In this document: one piece after another, positions 1 through 11,255 of the stretch
How positions within the stretch are numbered: position 1 is the first letter of the stretch
How the letters are laid out: every line of letters starts with the position of its first letter
Assembly: GCF_004010195.1 (NCBI RefSeq)
Contig: NC_057719.1
Location: forward strand, 15,220,974 to 15,284,973
Direction of reading: 5' to 3'
Origin: Chiloscyllium plagiosum
Lineage: Eukaryota
DNA: 64,000 bases
Position numbers and translations under genes: made by a program
Notes under the pieces: generated by a model
Databases searched by the model: none
What the model saw: the letters and a program-made list of their open reading frames with translations, nothing else
What the model was told of the DNA's origin: nothing

Positions 1-19
1 ATTGAACTAAGCAAAATCG

Positions 20-360
20 ATTCATAATACTGACGGGATGGGTGTGGGAAAGGGAAGAGGAGAGCTGCAGTTACTAAATGGCAAAGGACCATGTGATAGC
101 GAGGTTGAGAGATCCATCTTGCAGGAAGGGGTTTGAGAAGGAGGGGTGAAGGGGGTTTAAATGAGGTGTTAGAGGAAGATGTTCTGATTTCAGGGTGAGG
201 AAGGAGATCAGAAATTTGAAGGGGGATTAGATGCCTGTGTTGGGGAGGAAGATCGGAGGCTGTATAATACAGGCAAGAAAGGCGATTGGAAGATTGTGGT
301 ATGATCAGATGTCTCAGGGATAAGGCAGAGTGGAAAAGTACAGTGTGGTCCAAACATGGA
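20..360 (-). mobile_element. Possible ancient LINE (L2-like) relic
   Basis: Strong purine skew on the + strand and C/T-rich minus strand, as in L2 endonuclease remnants; no clean motif readable. Confidence 0.3.
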
Positions 361-854
361 GGCACCTCAGCACGCACACACAATCCAAATTGTGTGTGAA
401 GCCAGTGATCATCTGATACCAGTAAGCCCTCACCTTGGTGAAACTAGTAAAAATGCCTGGTCCTGAAAATCTAGTCAACAAGAGTTAAAAGCTGAAAATC
501 TGAAGCACATTGAGGCTGGCAACCTCTCCGATTTAAAGTTTCAACCTTTCTGTCTAGAGTATTAGTCATCCACCCACTTCCAACTTCAGTTACAGCTACA
601 AGCGATTTTGAGAGAGGTTGGTTTAGCTCAGGAATTGAATTCCTCACCTGCCACTGCTTAAAATAATATTTTTCCCTTCTCCCCAAAGTGCAGTTTGTTC
701 AACTAAAAGCAAAGGCTTATTTGTCACCTAATGATGGTTCCTATGACTAAAACTATGCTTTTGGGATGTTTGAAAGACAGGAATGTATATGCAACTTAAA
801 GGTGAAGGTGTCACCCATGCCTCAGCTGGCAGCACTCATCACTGAACTACAATA

Positions 855-1013
855 GGAGAAGGTGCAGACTACAGATGCTGTAGATCAGAGTGGAGAGTGT
901 GGTGTTGGAAAAGCACAGCAGGTCAGGCAGCATCCGAGGAGCAGGAGAATCGACGTTTCAGGCAAGAGCCTTCATCAGGATTCATGTACTTTTCCAACAC
1001 CACACCCTTGACC
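855..1013 (-). mobile_element. Short PLE terminal-repeat insertion (family A) with a partial inverted arm
   Basis: Matches in reverse the 3' ends of the coding PLE copies at 22800-22927 and 43260-43387; flanked by direct repeat CTGAACTACAATA (842-854, 1014-1026). Confidence 0.88.
947..983 (-). ncRNA. Minimal type I hammerhead ribozyme motif
   Basis: RNA GAAUC-CUGAUGA-AGGC UCUU GCCU-GAAAC-GUC-GAUUC: 5-bp helix I, 4-bp helix II, intact core, helix III reduced to palindromic ACGU. Confidence 0.75.
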
Positions 1014-1069
1014 CTGAACTACAATATCCCTATTTTGGGTTATGAATGCATAACAGCCAAAGCTCCAGA

Positions 1070-1300
1070 GCCATGCAATGTCCGAGGTGCTGTCTTTTGA
1101 ATGAGATGTTAAGTCCAGGATCCCATCTGCCTGATCAGATCAATGTAAAAGACTGCATAACACTTTTTCATAGAATAATAGAGGAAGCATCCCTGCTGTG
1201 TTACTAAACTTCAATAACATCACATAATGAAGAAACAGATGCTCTGGTTATAGTCAACTTTGTAATTTAAAAAAATGTTGGTGCAATACAGATATATTAG
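1070..1300 (+). mobile_element. DeuSINE-like (SacSINE1/AmnSINE-type core) remnant
   Basis: GAGGTGCTGTCTTTTGAATGAGATGTTAAG...CATCTGCC...TGTAAAAGA resembles the recalled Deu domain. Confidence 0.6.
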
Positions 1301-1374
1301 TCTTTAATGCTTGACACAATTGAAGCAGAACTCAAATGCAAAACAACAGTCAAAGCATTTCATGAAGTTCTATA

Positions 1375-1505
1375 GCAAAAGCCAAATACTGTGGAAATCT
1401 GAATTGAAATCAGAAAATGCTGAGACACCCAGCAGGTTTGATAATGTCTGTGGAGACAGAAACAAAGTTAATGTTTCAGGTCTGTAACTATTCTTGAGAG
1501 CTACA
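1375..1505 (-). mobile_element. Old PLE terminal-repeat remnant (family C)
   Basis: Degenerate AATGCTG..CAGCAGGT..TCTGTGGAGA..GTTAATGTTTC; similar copies near 3650, 13860, 20190, 32420, 35630, 36190, 36930, 39010, 54110. Confidence 0.6.
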
Positions 1506-2829
1506 AAAAAAAGTCATATTATTGAGTGGAATTTGGCATCGAACAGTGAACAGCTCAGCCATTTTAATTGTGAAGTAGAATTACTTAATTGCTCAGATAA
1601 TTACTTCATAATTCTACTGGGGAACCTGGGGAGGAAGAATTATAAAATGTCACATGATGCACTAGCAATTTAATACACTCAAAATATTATACTCAAAACG
1701 GTAATACACATTCAGTTGTTAGAAGACATTATTTTTGCATTGATTGTAGACATCAATAATAATGTTAGCATTTGTTGCCCATTGCTAATTATCCTTGAAT
1801 TGAATGGCTTGTTAGACCATCTCAGACAACAGTTAAGAGTCAACCACATAGGTGTAGGTCTGGAATCACACATTGACCCAATCAGGTTACAATGGCGTAC
1901 TCACTATGACCCCTGAAAAATATGACACTTAAGCAAAATGTGGAAATGACTTCAAAGAAAACAATCTGGAGAAGAAATAATTTGAATACTTTCCAAAAAT
2001 CAGTAAGTGTTAATAATAAAAGTAAAACCTGAATATTAAAGGTAGAGGCTAATTGCAAAAGAAAGCAAAAATGCTTCAATTTCTTTTCAGCGACAAAAAC
2101 AAAACAAAGTTGATGGATGGAAAAGCAAGGAAGGATGGAAAAGCAAAATCAGTTGATGAAATAGGATGAAATTTTTTGTTGTCTTTGCTCTCCAAAAGGA
2201 AAAAAAGGTTGATACATTTTTTCATATTTAAAAATGGATGAAAGAAACAGTAGTAATATAACTCAGTTTCTTTTTTTTAAAAATATGTTGTACTCCTGTG
2301 TTCCTCAAAACTGCATGGTACAGGAAAACAAGATCATAACTGCTCTAAGCTAATAGCTTATTGGATCTGAGAAATGTGTAGGCACAAAAATTCCACCAAG
2401 TCCACAGGGATTTTGCTTTACTTTTGAAGAAAATGCAATAGTCATGGCTGCAGTAGAATACCATGAAAGCTCTTTAGATGTAAGGATGTTAAAAAATGGG
2501 CTGTTTTGCTTCTTCACGTACTATTTATGGCTGAGAAGCCAAAAGGTCAAAGATGAAAGGTAAGTGCAGTAAAACTGAATAATAAAACCAGCTTGAATAC
2601 ATAAAACATAAGATAATCACTGACTGTGTTCTCTCTTCTGCATTCATGAGTGACATCATACAGGTGATCTTAAAGGTGTACAGTATTTGATATCGACATG
2701 AGATTTGATAAGGAAACGATAAGTGGAATATTCATCATTGCTCATATCAAGTAGCTTGGGAAAAGGTGCTGATGTTGAAAATCAAAGATGACCATAGGAA
2801 TTGAACGGTAATAAGAGAATCTCACCAAC

Positions 2830-2964
2830 TTTAAGGGCATTTAAATGGTCATTGGATAGACATAAGGATGAAAATGGAATAGTGTAGAGTAGATGGGCTT
2901 CAGATTGGTTTCACAGGTCGGTGCAACATCGAGGGCCAAAGGGCTTATACTGCGCTGTAATGTT
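2830..2964 (+). mobile_element. CR1 LINE 3' end; tail resumes at 3255-3272
   Basis: GGCATTTAAATGGTCATTGGATAGACAT...GGGCCAAAGGGC..TACTGCGCTGTAATGTT; similar to 41782-41984; TATGTTC tail. Confidence 0.75.
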
Positions 2965-3254
2965 TTAGAACAAGCCAAACAGAGACACTCATGAGTATTC
3001 TGAGAAGCATGACATTCCAACCGGAACTCTATCAACAAACACATTGAGTTAGACCCCATCTACCATCCCCTGAGAAAAAGAACAGGAAATGACATCACCA
3101 CAGAAAATGACATCGCCAACCCAAAGAAACCCAAACATATAAATAGAAAACAGGAATTATCAACAGTGCTTCGTCTGGAGGCCCACTGAAGATGTTACCT
3201 GGTTGGGTGACAAAATGCCTGGAAATGAACCTTCCAGCTCACATCTACATCCAA
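2965..3254 (+). mobile_element. PLE 3' fragment of a different family (Poseidon-like)
   Basis: Degenerate GIY-YIG C-terminus QAKQRH..E..EA.HSNRNSINKHIELDPIYHPLR, then a decayed hammerhead core at 3186-3218; AATGTT on both sides. Confidence 0.7.
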
Positions 3255-3834
3255 AATGTTCTATGTTCTATATGAAAGTCATCTTATTAAAGTGCTTCTG
3301 TTCCAATTCCTCCTTTTGATTCTATAAACTGTACAACTCTGATATTTCAGATTCATACATCAATTCTTTTTATCGCATAACAAAAGTTGTACTTTAAAAA
3401 ACACTTTAATGCATAAATTCCAACAGAGGTATACACGCTATAAATTTCTCCACTCACTGGCGATGTATGAATTTTAGGCCAAGGTAGATATTCTTTGCTG
3501 TGCTTAATAACGGCACTCATTTTTTTTTCCAGGGCTAGAGAAAGTTCCCATCCCTCTGAACATCTGAGACCCCGTCACAATGTCAAATTATTGCTTTAAT
3601 GATTTCACAATTTTTGCTTCCTTTAACCCCTTCCTGGAACTTAAACAAAAAAAAACTGTGGATGCAGGAAATCAGGAACGAGATCAGAAATTGCTGGAAA
3701 AATGTCAGGTCTTGCAGCATCTCTGGAGAGAAAGCAGAGTTAAGAACAATTCTGAAGAATGGTCACTGGACCCCTCTGTTCCTGGTTCATTGCTTCATCT
3801 CCCATTGCTCCTTTGCGATACATTTCCAGAACTA

Positions 3835-4476
3835 CAGAGGAACCTCGATGATCTGAACAAGATGGGTGGGCACAATTTCATTCAGATAATTATTTGGATA
3901 ACCAATTTGACCTTAAACAAGGGAAGCCATACTGATCTAATGCTGTGCTCTAACAGATAGTTTGTTTAAATCTATAATTTTGATCAGTTTGCTATTTAAA
4001 CAAACTAGCCTTTGCATGCTACAAATTGCAGATAAAATGAAGGACTAAATCCATACCATCACATAAATATATGAAATCCTAGTAATAAACAAGATCCCAA
4101 ACAGTTTCTACTGTCACAAGAACATTTATCAGTTTCCATGAACTCTGTCGAAATAGAAAAACAGAAGTACCGTGTCGTGTATGTATTTACTTTCTCCGTC
4201 ATTTCTTTTCATGAATGGCCCAGTGAAGTGATGGGAATAAAGCACTTACTTTTGCAAAGGGCTGTGTAACTATCCCTTATGTAAACAGAAAATTGAATCA
4301 CTGTTGCTTGAGGTGCTTGTATTTCATTGTTTTTGCTAGCATTTTCACATGTTCTTCAGTACAGATAATCTGAATTCACATTCCTCTTTGATGTAACATT
4401 TTTATGGCACCTTGAGATCATCTTCAAATAATCCGAAATTCAGAAGATTGATATTCAGATAATCAAGGTTCCTCTG
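3835..4476. mobile_element. Non-autonomous Tc1/mariner-pogo (Tigger-like) DNA transposon
   Basis: 23-bp TIRs CAGAGGAACCTCGATGATCTGAA / CAGAGGAACCTTGATTATCTGAA (2 mismatches), TA on both flanks, no ORF. Confidence 0.88.
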
Positions 4477-4944
4477 TATTTCTTAAAATAGTGCTACCTG
4501 GACCCCACACTACAAACAATAGACTATATGTTGCCCTGCTCTTGCTAACAATGGAGCACAAAGAGGCAAATTATGGACAAGTAGAAAAGCGAAGACTGGC
4601 AGAAAAGGATGAGATTTGGAAAATCTGGCACTTATATCTTTTGAATAAAGGAGATTGAGCAGATCATAGTGTACAAAACCATGACAGGCTTGGATAAGAC
4701 AGAGAAAGAAAACCAGCTGCTATTGCAAGGGCTGGGAGATAGAGGTGTAATGTTTTGGGCATGAGGTGCAGGAAAGATGTGAGGAAGTTAGTTAGTTAGT
4801 TCAGCATTTCATGGAGATATACTTGTAAGGCTACAGGGATAAAACAAGAACAGTTTTTGACTGCTTCATAGTTAGCTGGAATAAAGTCAATGGGCTGAGT
4901 GACCTCCTTCTGGGCGATAATATCTCTGACTCCAAGTAAGGAGG

Positions 4945-7230
4945 AAAAATTCTAAGAGAGAGGTAAACCCAATCACGGTTAGTCAAGGAGGTTAGAGGGA
5001 ATTAAATTTAAAGAAAAAGCATAAGAGGAGGCTGGAGACGGTGATAAACCTGAAGACTGGGAGAAATTCAAAATCCAGCAAAACATAACAAAGACAGAGA
5101 AAATAAGCAATGAGTACAAACTAGGTGAGGTACATAAAAACATACGAGTTTCTTTAAATATATAAAAAAGAGAGGAGTCAAAGTGAACTTGAGCCCCTTA
5201 GAAAATGAACCAAGGAGACAATTTTGGGGAACAAGGAAATAGCTGAGGAGTTAAACAGATATTTTGCAACAATCTTTACCGAGGAAGATACTTGGAACAT
5301 TCCATTAATACTAAAGAATCGGGGGAGGAAATTGAATACCATCACCATCACTAAAGTAGTAGTATTAGACAAACTAATGGGGCTAAAAGCAGATAAGTTC
5401 CATAGCCCCAACAGCTTGCATCCTAGTTTTATGTCATCAGCAAATCCTAAGTGGAAAGGCAGTTTGTGAGGGATTGAGTTTACAGAGAAATATTTATAGA
5501 TTATGTAAGTGAGCAAAACGTTGGAAAATGGAGTATAATGAGGGATAGTGTGAAGTTGGAATTTAGAAATGGAGAACAAAAGAACACACTATTTAAATGG
5601 AGAGTAATTGCAGAAAACTGCAACACAAAAGGCACTTGGGGGTACTTGTACACAAAGTACAGAAATCTAGCACACAGATGCAGCAGATAATCAGGAAGGC
5701 TAATGGAATGTTGGCCCTTATTTCAAGGATGTTTAAGGATAACAGTAGGGACGTCTTACTGCAATTGTACAAGGTGCTGGTGAAACCACACCTGGAATAC
5801 TGTCAGCAGTTTGGCCCTCTTATTTAAAGAAACATTTAAAATATCATTACGTTGGAGGTATTATCGCCAGGGAGCTTATGGCCTAGTAGTATTATTGCTG
5901 GACTATGCCATTCCTAATGAAGGGCTTTTGCCCGAAACATCGATATTCCTGCTGCCTGATCTGCTGTGCTTTTCTAGCACCACTCTAATCTTGACTATTA
6001 ATCCAGTCAGGTAATGTTCTGGGGACCAGAGTTTGAATCCCACCATGGCAGATGGTGGAATTTGAATTCAAGGAGAATCTGGAATTAAGGGTGTCATGAT
6101 GACCACAAAATCATAGCTAATAATCAGAAATACCCATCTGGTTTGCTAATGTTCTTCAGGGAAGAAAATCTGCCATCCTTACACTGTCTGGTATACATGT
6201 GACTCCAGACCCACAGCAATGTGGTTGACTTATTTCCCTCTGGGCAATTAGGGATGGGCAATAAAGGCTGGCCTAACCAGTGACATTCTCATCCTGTGAA
6301 TGAATTTTTAAAAAAAAGTTCAGAGAAGGTTGAAGGTGGACAGGCTGGGGCTTTTTTTTTCCCCCTCAAGCGAGGGAGGCTGAGGGGTGACCTTATAGAG
6401 GTTTACAAAATTATGAGGGACAGAGATAAGATGAATAGTTAAGGCTTACTTCCAGAGGTAGGGGAGTCCAAAACTAGAGGGTATAGGTTTAAGGTGTGAG
6501 GAGAATGATTTAAAAAGGGACCTCAGGGGCAATTTTTTCACACAGGGGTGGTGATGTATGGAATGAGTTGCCAGAGGAAGTGGTCATAGTAGGTACAATT
6601 ACATTTTAAAGACATTTGGACAGGTACATGAACAGGAAAGATTTAGAGGGGTTTGTACCAAACACAGGCACATAGAATCCCTGAAATCCCTGATTGGAAT
6701 GGATGAGTTGGGCCAAAGGGTCTATTTCTGTGCCGTATGACTTATGACTCTAAGTTTTACTTGTATAATCCCCGCTATGTCAGAATTGTGTTATGAGTAA
6801 AGGCTAAACAGGTCGGGACTCTAAATCACTGGAGTTTAGAACAAGAGGTGCTCTTAATGAAACACATCGGATTCTTAAGGGGCAGAGTAGGGTAAATGTT
6901 GAGAGCCTATTTCCCCTCGGGGACAACCTAGGACCAGAGGGACATAGTCTTAAACTGGAACCCCTTCTTCTGAGACTGAGATGAGGAGAAATTGCTTCTC
7001 TCAGAGGGTTGAGTGTCTTTGGAACTCTTTGCCACACATGGTGTGGTCAGAGTCTGTGTGTATATTTAAGGCTGAGATAGATTCTTGATTTACAGGGGAA
7101 ATCAAGAGTTCAAGGAAAGTTCAGGAAAGTGGATGTGAGAAATGTCAGATCAGCCATGATCCTACTGAATGGCAGAGCAGGCTCAAGGGGCCAAATGACC
7201 TACTTTGGTTTCTATTTCTTATGGTCTGAT
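4945..7230 (+). mobile_element. Fragmented CR1 LINE ORF2 and 3' ends, interrupted by a SINE and a second CR1 3' end (about 6335-6750)
   Basis: KEIAEELNRYFATIFTEED, RHLGVLVH, LLQLYKVLVKPHLEYC; tail units TATGAC(TC). Confidence 0.85.
5868..6310 (+). mobile_element. tRNA-derived SINE (family 2) containing a family-A PLE insert at about 5907-5992
   Basis: A box TGGCCTAGTAGT, B box GTTTGAATCC, tail GGGCAATTAGGGATGGGCAATAAA; related copies at 10270, 10890, 49005, 57805. Confidence 0.82.
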
Positions 7231-7402
7231 AAAAAAGTGTCATACACACCTCAGTCCTTGAAGTCCAATCACACCCCTCATCCTAACTGCCTTTATATCT
7301 TTCCGTGGGGAAAATAGAGGGGACCTAAGAAGGGGTGGAGACAAGAAAAAGTGTTACTGTCGTCCAGTGATTTTTAGCATCTGTTAATGGGACAATTTGT
7401 TA

Positions 7403-7608
7403 CCAGGAGAAAGTGAGGACTGCAGATGCTGGAGATCCGAGCTGAAAAATGTGTTGCTAGAAAAGCGCAGCAGGTCAGGCAGCATCAAAGGAGCAGGAGA
7501 ATCGATGTTTCGAGCATAAGCCTGAAGAAGGGCTTATGCCCGAAACGTCGATTCTCCTGCTTCTTTGATGCTGCCTGACCTGCTGCGCTTTTCCAGCAAC
7601 ACATTTTT
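7403..7608. mobile_element. Palindromic PLE-derived mini-element (family A)
   Basis: Inverted arms about 7443-7522 and 7530-7610; flanking direct repeat CAATTTGTTA (7393-7402, 7609-7618). Confidence 0.9.
7522..7549 (+). ncRNA. Minimal hammerhead ribozyme core
   Basis: CUGAAGA-A-GGGC UUAU GCCC-GAAAC-GUC. Confidence 0.65.
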
Positions 7609-7799
7609 CAATTTGTTAACAGTTATAATTGATATAATAGCAGAGCATTCAAATTCACATGAAATAAACAAATAGAGTAGACATGGCTCCGTGAGGGGAA
7701 AGTTATTTATTATAGTTATTTGAAGTAGTAACAAGCAGAATAGATAGGCCAAATGGCCTACTTCAGCTCCTATATCATATGGAATTATGATCTTCAACC

Positions 7800-8503
7800 A
7801 CTTGAATAACCTTCCTTCCCTGAAGACAGAAGTGGAGAGGTTTGCTGATGATCAGACAATGTTAAGCACTACTTGAAACTCCTCAGATGCGAAAGCAGTC
7901 TGTAACCAAATGAAGCAAGACTTGGACCATAACCAGGCTGACAAATGCAAGTTACATTCACATGAAACAAGTGTCAGAACAGAGAATCCATCTATTATCT
8001 CTCAACATTCAATTACATTACCATTTGCTGAATCTCTCATTATCAATGTCACGGGGCCACCATTAATGAGAAAGTGGGCAAGTTGTATAAATATTATGGC
8101 TAGAAGAGTGGGCTTGATGTAAGGAATTCTGCAGTGAGTAACTCACCTCCCAACTTCCAAAACCCGTCCACCATCTACAAGGTAAAAGTCAGGACTATGA
8201 TGGAATACTTCTCTATTGCCTGGATGAGTGCAGCTCCAACACCACCAAAACAGCCCACTTTGTTGGCACCACATCTACAAACATTCACTCCCTTCACTAC
8301 TAATGCATAGTAACTGTTGTGTGTGCCATTTATTAAATGATGTAGAGATGCTGGTGTTGGACTGGGGTGGACAAAGTCAGAAGTCACACAACACCAGGTT
8401 ATAATCCAGCAGGTTTGTTTGAAATCACAAGCTTTCAGAGTGTTGCTCCTTCATCAAGTGAACATGGTGACATGTGACTTCTGAATTTAGAAAATGCACT
8501 GCA
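7800..8503 (+). mobile_element. CR1-group LINE (second family), RT to 3' region, degenerate
   Basis: GAAGTGGAGAGGTTTGCTGATGAT = EVERFADD; homologous to 29585-31790 and 55800-56620. Confidence 0.7.
8342..8488 (-). mobile_element. PLE terminal-repeat insertion (family B) with a short inverted arm
   Basis: Minus strand TTGATGAAGGAGCAACACTCTGAAAGCTT (decayed core); AAAGTCAGAAGTCACA inverted as TGTGACTTCTGAATTT; same family as 23315-23575. Confidence 0.72.
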
Positions 8504-9880
8504 GTGTCTGACATTAGACCACAAATTCATTGACAGACTGTTTCAAGCTATGTGTACTAACTGGAGAGTGACCCATATTTCATCAGTGCTCCACTATCCT
8601 TGCCCAAACTGTCCAGCAGAATCATAGTGCATATCATCTTATCTAGGATTGTCAAGTGTCGAGAAATATAGCAAGATTTTTGCTTTGTTTTGTCAAATTT
8701 TCATGCAACACCAACGGGTAAGGAAACATGAACTCCAGCTCAACGTCTGCAAGGTAACGTAAGGAAAGCAAGTTTTAACTGTCTTGTCAAGCAACCAATT
8801 GCCTAACTATTCTAAAGCACATGGATATTATTATTCAAAGACAAAGGAGAACGGAAGAGATGCATGACCAACAACCAGGTAGAGAACCATCAGAACTATA
8901 TATTGGGCAGCTAGTGCTCATCAGAAATACATTCATAATTACTTGGATATCAGCAAAAGGTTCTATAACATGCACTTAGTCCAAATAATACAATGTTAAT
9001 ATGGATCATGGTTCTACATTGCCAAGAAACAAAAGCCTGATCAAACCAATCTTTGACATGCCAATCGAGCACAAAAAAGTGAGGAAGAAAATGGAGATAA
9101 TTGTATATGATCTGGAGCGATAGCAAACTGCAGCAGGGCAACCAAGAGCAAATGGGACCAACACATACCTCTCAATATTGGTATACGATCATCAGATCAA
9201 ATGACCGGTCAAACCTTTAAAATATTACACTGAAGGTTGAATTGTTAAGCGTGTCAACTCGGTTTTTATCTGTTTTATATGAGATAAAATTAGATTAGAT
9301 TCCCTACAGCATGGAAACAGGCCCTTCGGCCCAACAAGTCCACACCGACCCTCAGACGAATAACCACCCAGACCCATTCCCCAACCTTATAATTACCCCT
9401 GACGAATGCACCTAACACTATGGGCAATTTAGCATGGCCAATTCACCTAAACTGCAAAATTTTGGACTGTGGGAGGAAACTGGAGCATCCGGAGGAAACC
9501 CATACGGACATGGGAAGAATGCGCAAACTCCACAGAGTCACCCAAGGCAGAAATCGAACTTGGGTCCCCGGTGCTGTAAGGCAGCGGTGCTAACCTCTGA
9601 GCCACCATGCCGCAAAATAGTTATTTAATTGACAACCCTGGCCTATTTATAACCATGTACACATTTAGGATTTTTTTTCCTTCTGGATAGAGGGGATGTG
9701 TTACATCACAAAATGAGCAGCAAGTATACCGTTAAGAAACATGCTCATGATATCATCACAATATCATAGACGATGAGATATATCAAAGATTGAGGGTATT
9801 CAGGTCACAGGCTCCATCTTAACAAAGACCACTTGGAAAATGACACACTGATGAGTAAGTATGATTTGTAACCAAACATC
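8504..9880 (+). mobile_element. Ty3/Gypsy LTR-retrotransposon relic (integrase C-half, polypurine tract, probable 3' LTR)
   Basis: VSDIRPQ/FIDRLFQAMCTNWRVTHISSVLHYPCPNCPAE resembles VSDNGPQF...WGI.H.TSSPHYPQSNGLAE; GATAGAGGGGA followed by TGTTAC at 9699; right boundary uncertain. Confidence 0.7.
9291..9613 (-). mobile_element. HE1-type V-SINE
   Basis: tRNA-like head, V-domain GGGTTTCCTCCGGATGCTCCAGTTTCCTCCCACAGTCCAAA, (TCTAA)n tail, AAAAT on both flanks. Confidence 0.88.
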
Positions 9881-10264
9881 TCAATAGTCATGCTTTCTTT
9901 TCTTCATTTGCTAATTTTCTCCCACCCTTAGATGGCATTGGGGCTGGTGAGTTGTTCAGCATAGACTCAAGGGACTCCCAGCCTGTAGGTGAAGCCTGGC
10001 CAAAGATGAAGACCAGCAACTTGTCTGCTTTTATTTTTTGCCTCTTTCTATGCTTTAAAAGTTTAGCATTACAGTTCTCTAACTTTATTTCTTTATTCTT
10101 CTAACTTATACTTAATATTTTGTACCTAGACACCTTTGTACCTAAGATGGCAGCAGAAATGGTGACTTTGTGGACTTTTCAGTGTACTCCTGTATCTCTG
10201 TACTTCAGTACAGAGACAATAAAACCTAATTCTATTAGACACTGAAGTACCTATGCCTTTTTTA

Positions 10265-10615
10265 AAAATTCACTCACAGCTCAGGGCGTTGCTTACTAGG
10301 CAGCATTTATTGCCCATCCCTAATTTGTTGATAGCAGTTAAGAGTCAACCACATTGCTATGGGTCTGGAATCACATGTAGGCCAGACCAGGTAAGGACAT
10401 CAATTTCTTTTCCTAAAGGACATTAGTGAACCAGATGGGTTTTTCCAACAATTATCAATAGATTTATAATTATTATTAGACTCTTAATTCCAGATTTTAT
10501 ATTGAATTCAAATTCCACCATCTGGGCACCGAGGTTTGAACTGAGGTCCCCAGAACATTACCAGGGTCTCTGGATTGACAGTCCAGTTGTAGCACCACCA
10601 GGCCATCACTCCCCT
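10265..10615 (-). mobile_element. tRNA-derived SINE (family 2)
   Basis: Reverse-complement match to 5868-6310 and 57805-58140. Confidence 0.82.
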
Positions 10616-10889
10616 TGTTGTGATGTATTCATACATACCAGGATCTGTAATGAACGCTCTTGGAATCTTTCAGTACCACATTACGAGTTCTTACATAATG
10701 GGAATTTACGAAATCATTGCCTCAATGGGTACAATAACCTCCCTAAACCACAGGTCTACTTTATGGTTACAGATCAGGTTGTAGCAGTTGTGGTTGGTAA
10801 TGTGCTGTTAGAGGAACCTTGAGAGTTGCTGGTAGCATAGAACATACAACAATATAGTGCAAGAATAAGCCCTTTGGCCCTCGATGTTG

Positions 10890-11255
10890 CGCCAAGCGTG
10901 GTGGAAATATGCCTGCGTTAGTAACCCATAACCCCAGATTAATGTTTTGGGGACATGGGTTCAAATCTCACTACAGCAGATGGTGAAATTTGAATTTAAT
11001 GAAATTCTAGAGTTGAAAATTAGTTTAATGTGACCATTGTCAATTGTTGTTACAAACCCATTCAGTTCTCTGCCCTTTATAGAAGTAATTTGATCTTCTT
11101 GTCTGAATTACATGTGAATCCAGACTCTCGTCTGAATTACATGTGAATCCAGACTCTCAACAATGTGGTTGACTCTCAGCTGCCCTCCAGGCAATTAGGG
11201 TTGAGAAATAACTGTTGGCCTAACCAGCGGTACCCACTTCCCAGATATGAATAAA
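10890..11255 (+). mobile_element. tRNA-derived SINE (family 2)
   Basis: B box GGTTCAAATC, GCAGATGGTGAAATTTGAAT, tail GGCAATTAGGG...ATGAATAAAA. Confidence 0.8.
11101..11158. repeat. Perfect 29-bp tandem duplication
   Basis: GTCTGAATTACATGTGAATCCAGACTCTC x2. Confidence 0.95.

Noticed and set aside
5911..5945. Active hammerhead cores at 5914, 36380, 33150, 27585 and 48361
   Set aside because: Each has a core substitution, a broken helix II or a deletion of CUGANGA.
7403..7608. Palindromic inserts as DNA-transposon MITEs or pre-miRNAs
   Set aside because: The arms match PLE terminal repeats, are unequal in length, and have variable-length flanking repeats, unlike a cut-and-paste element.
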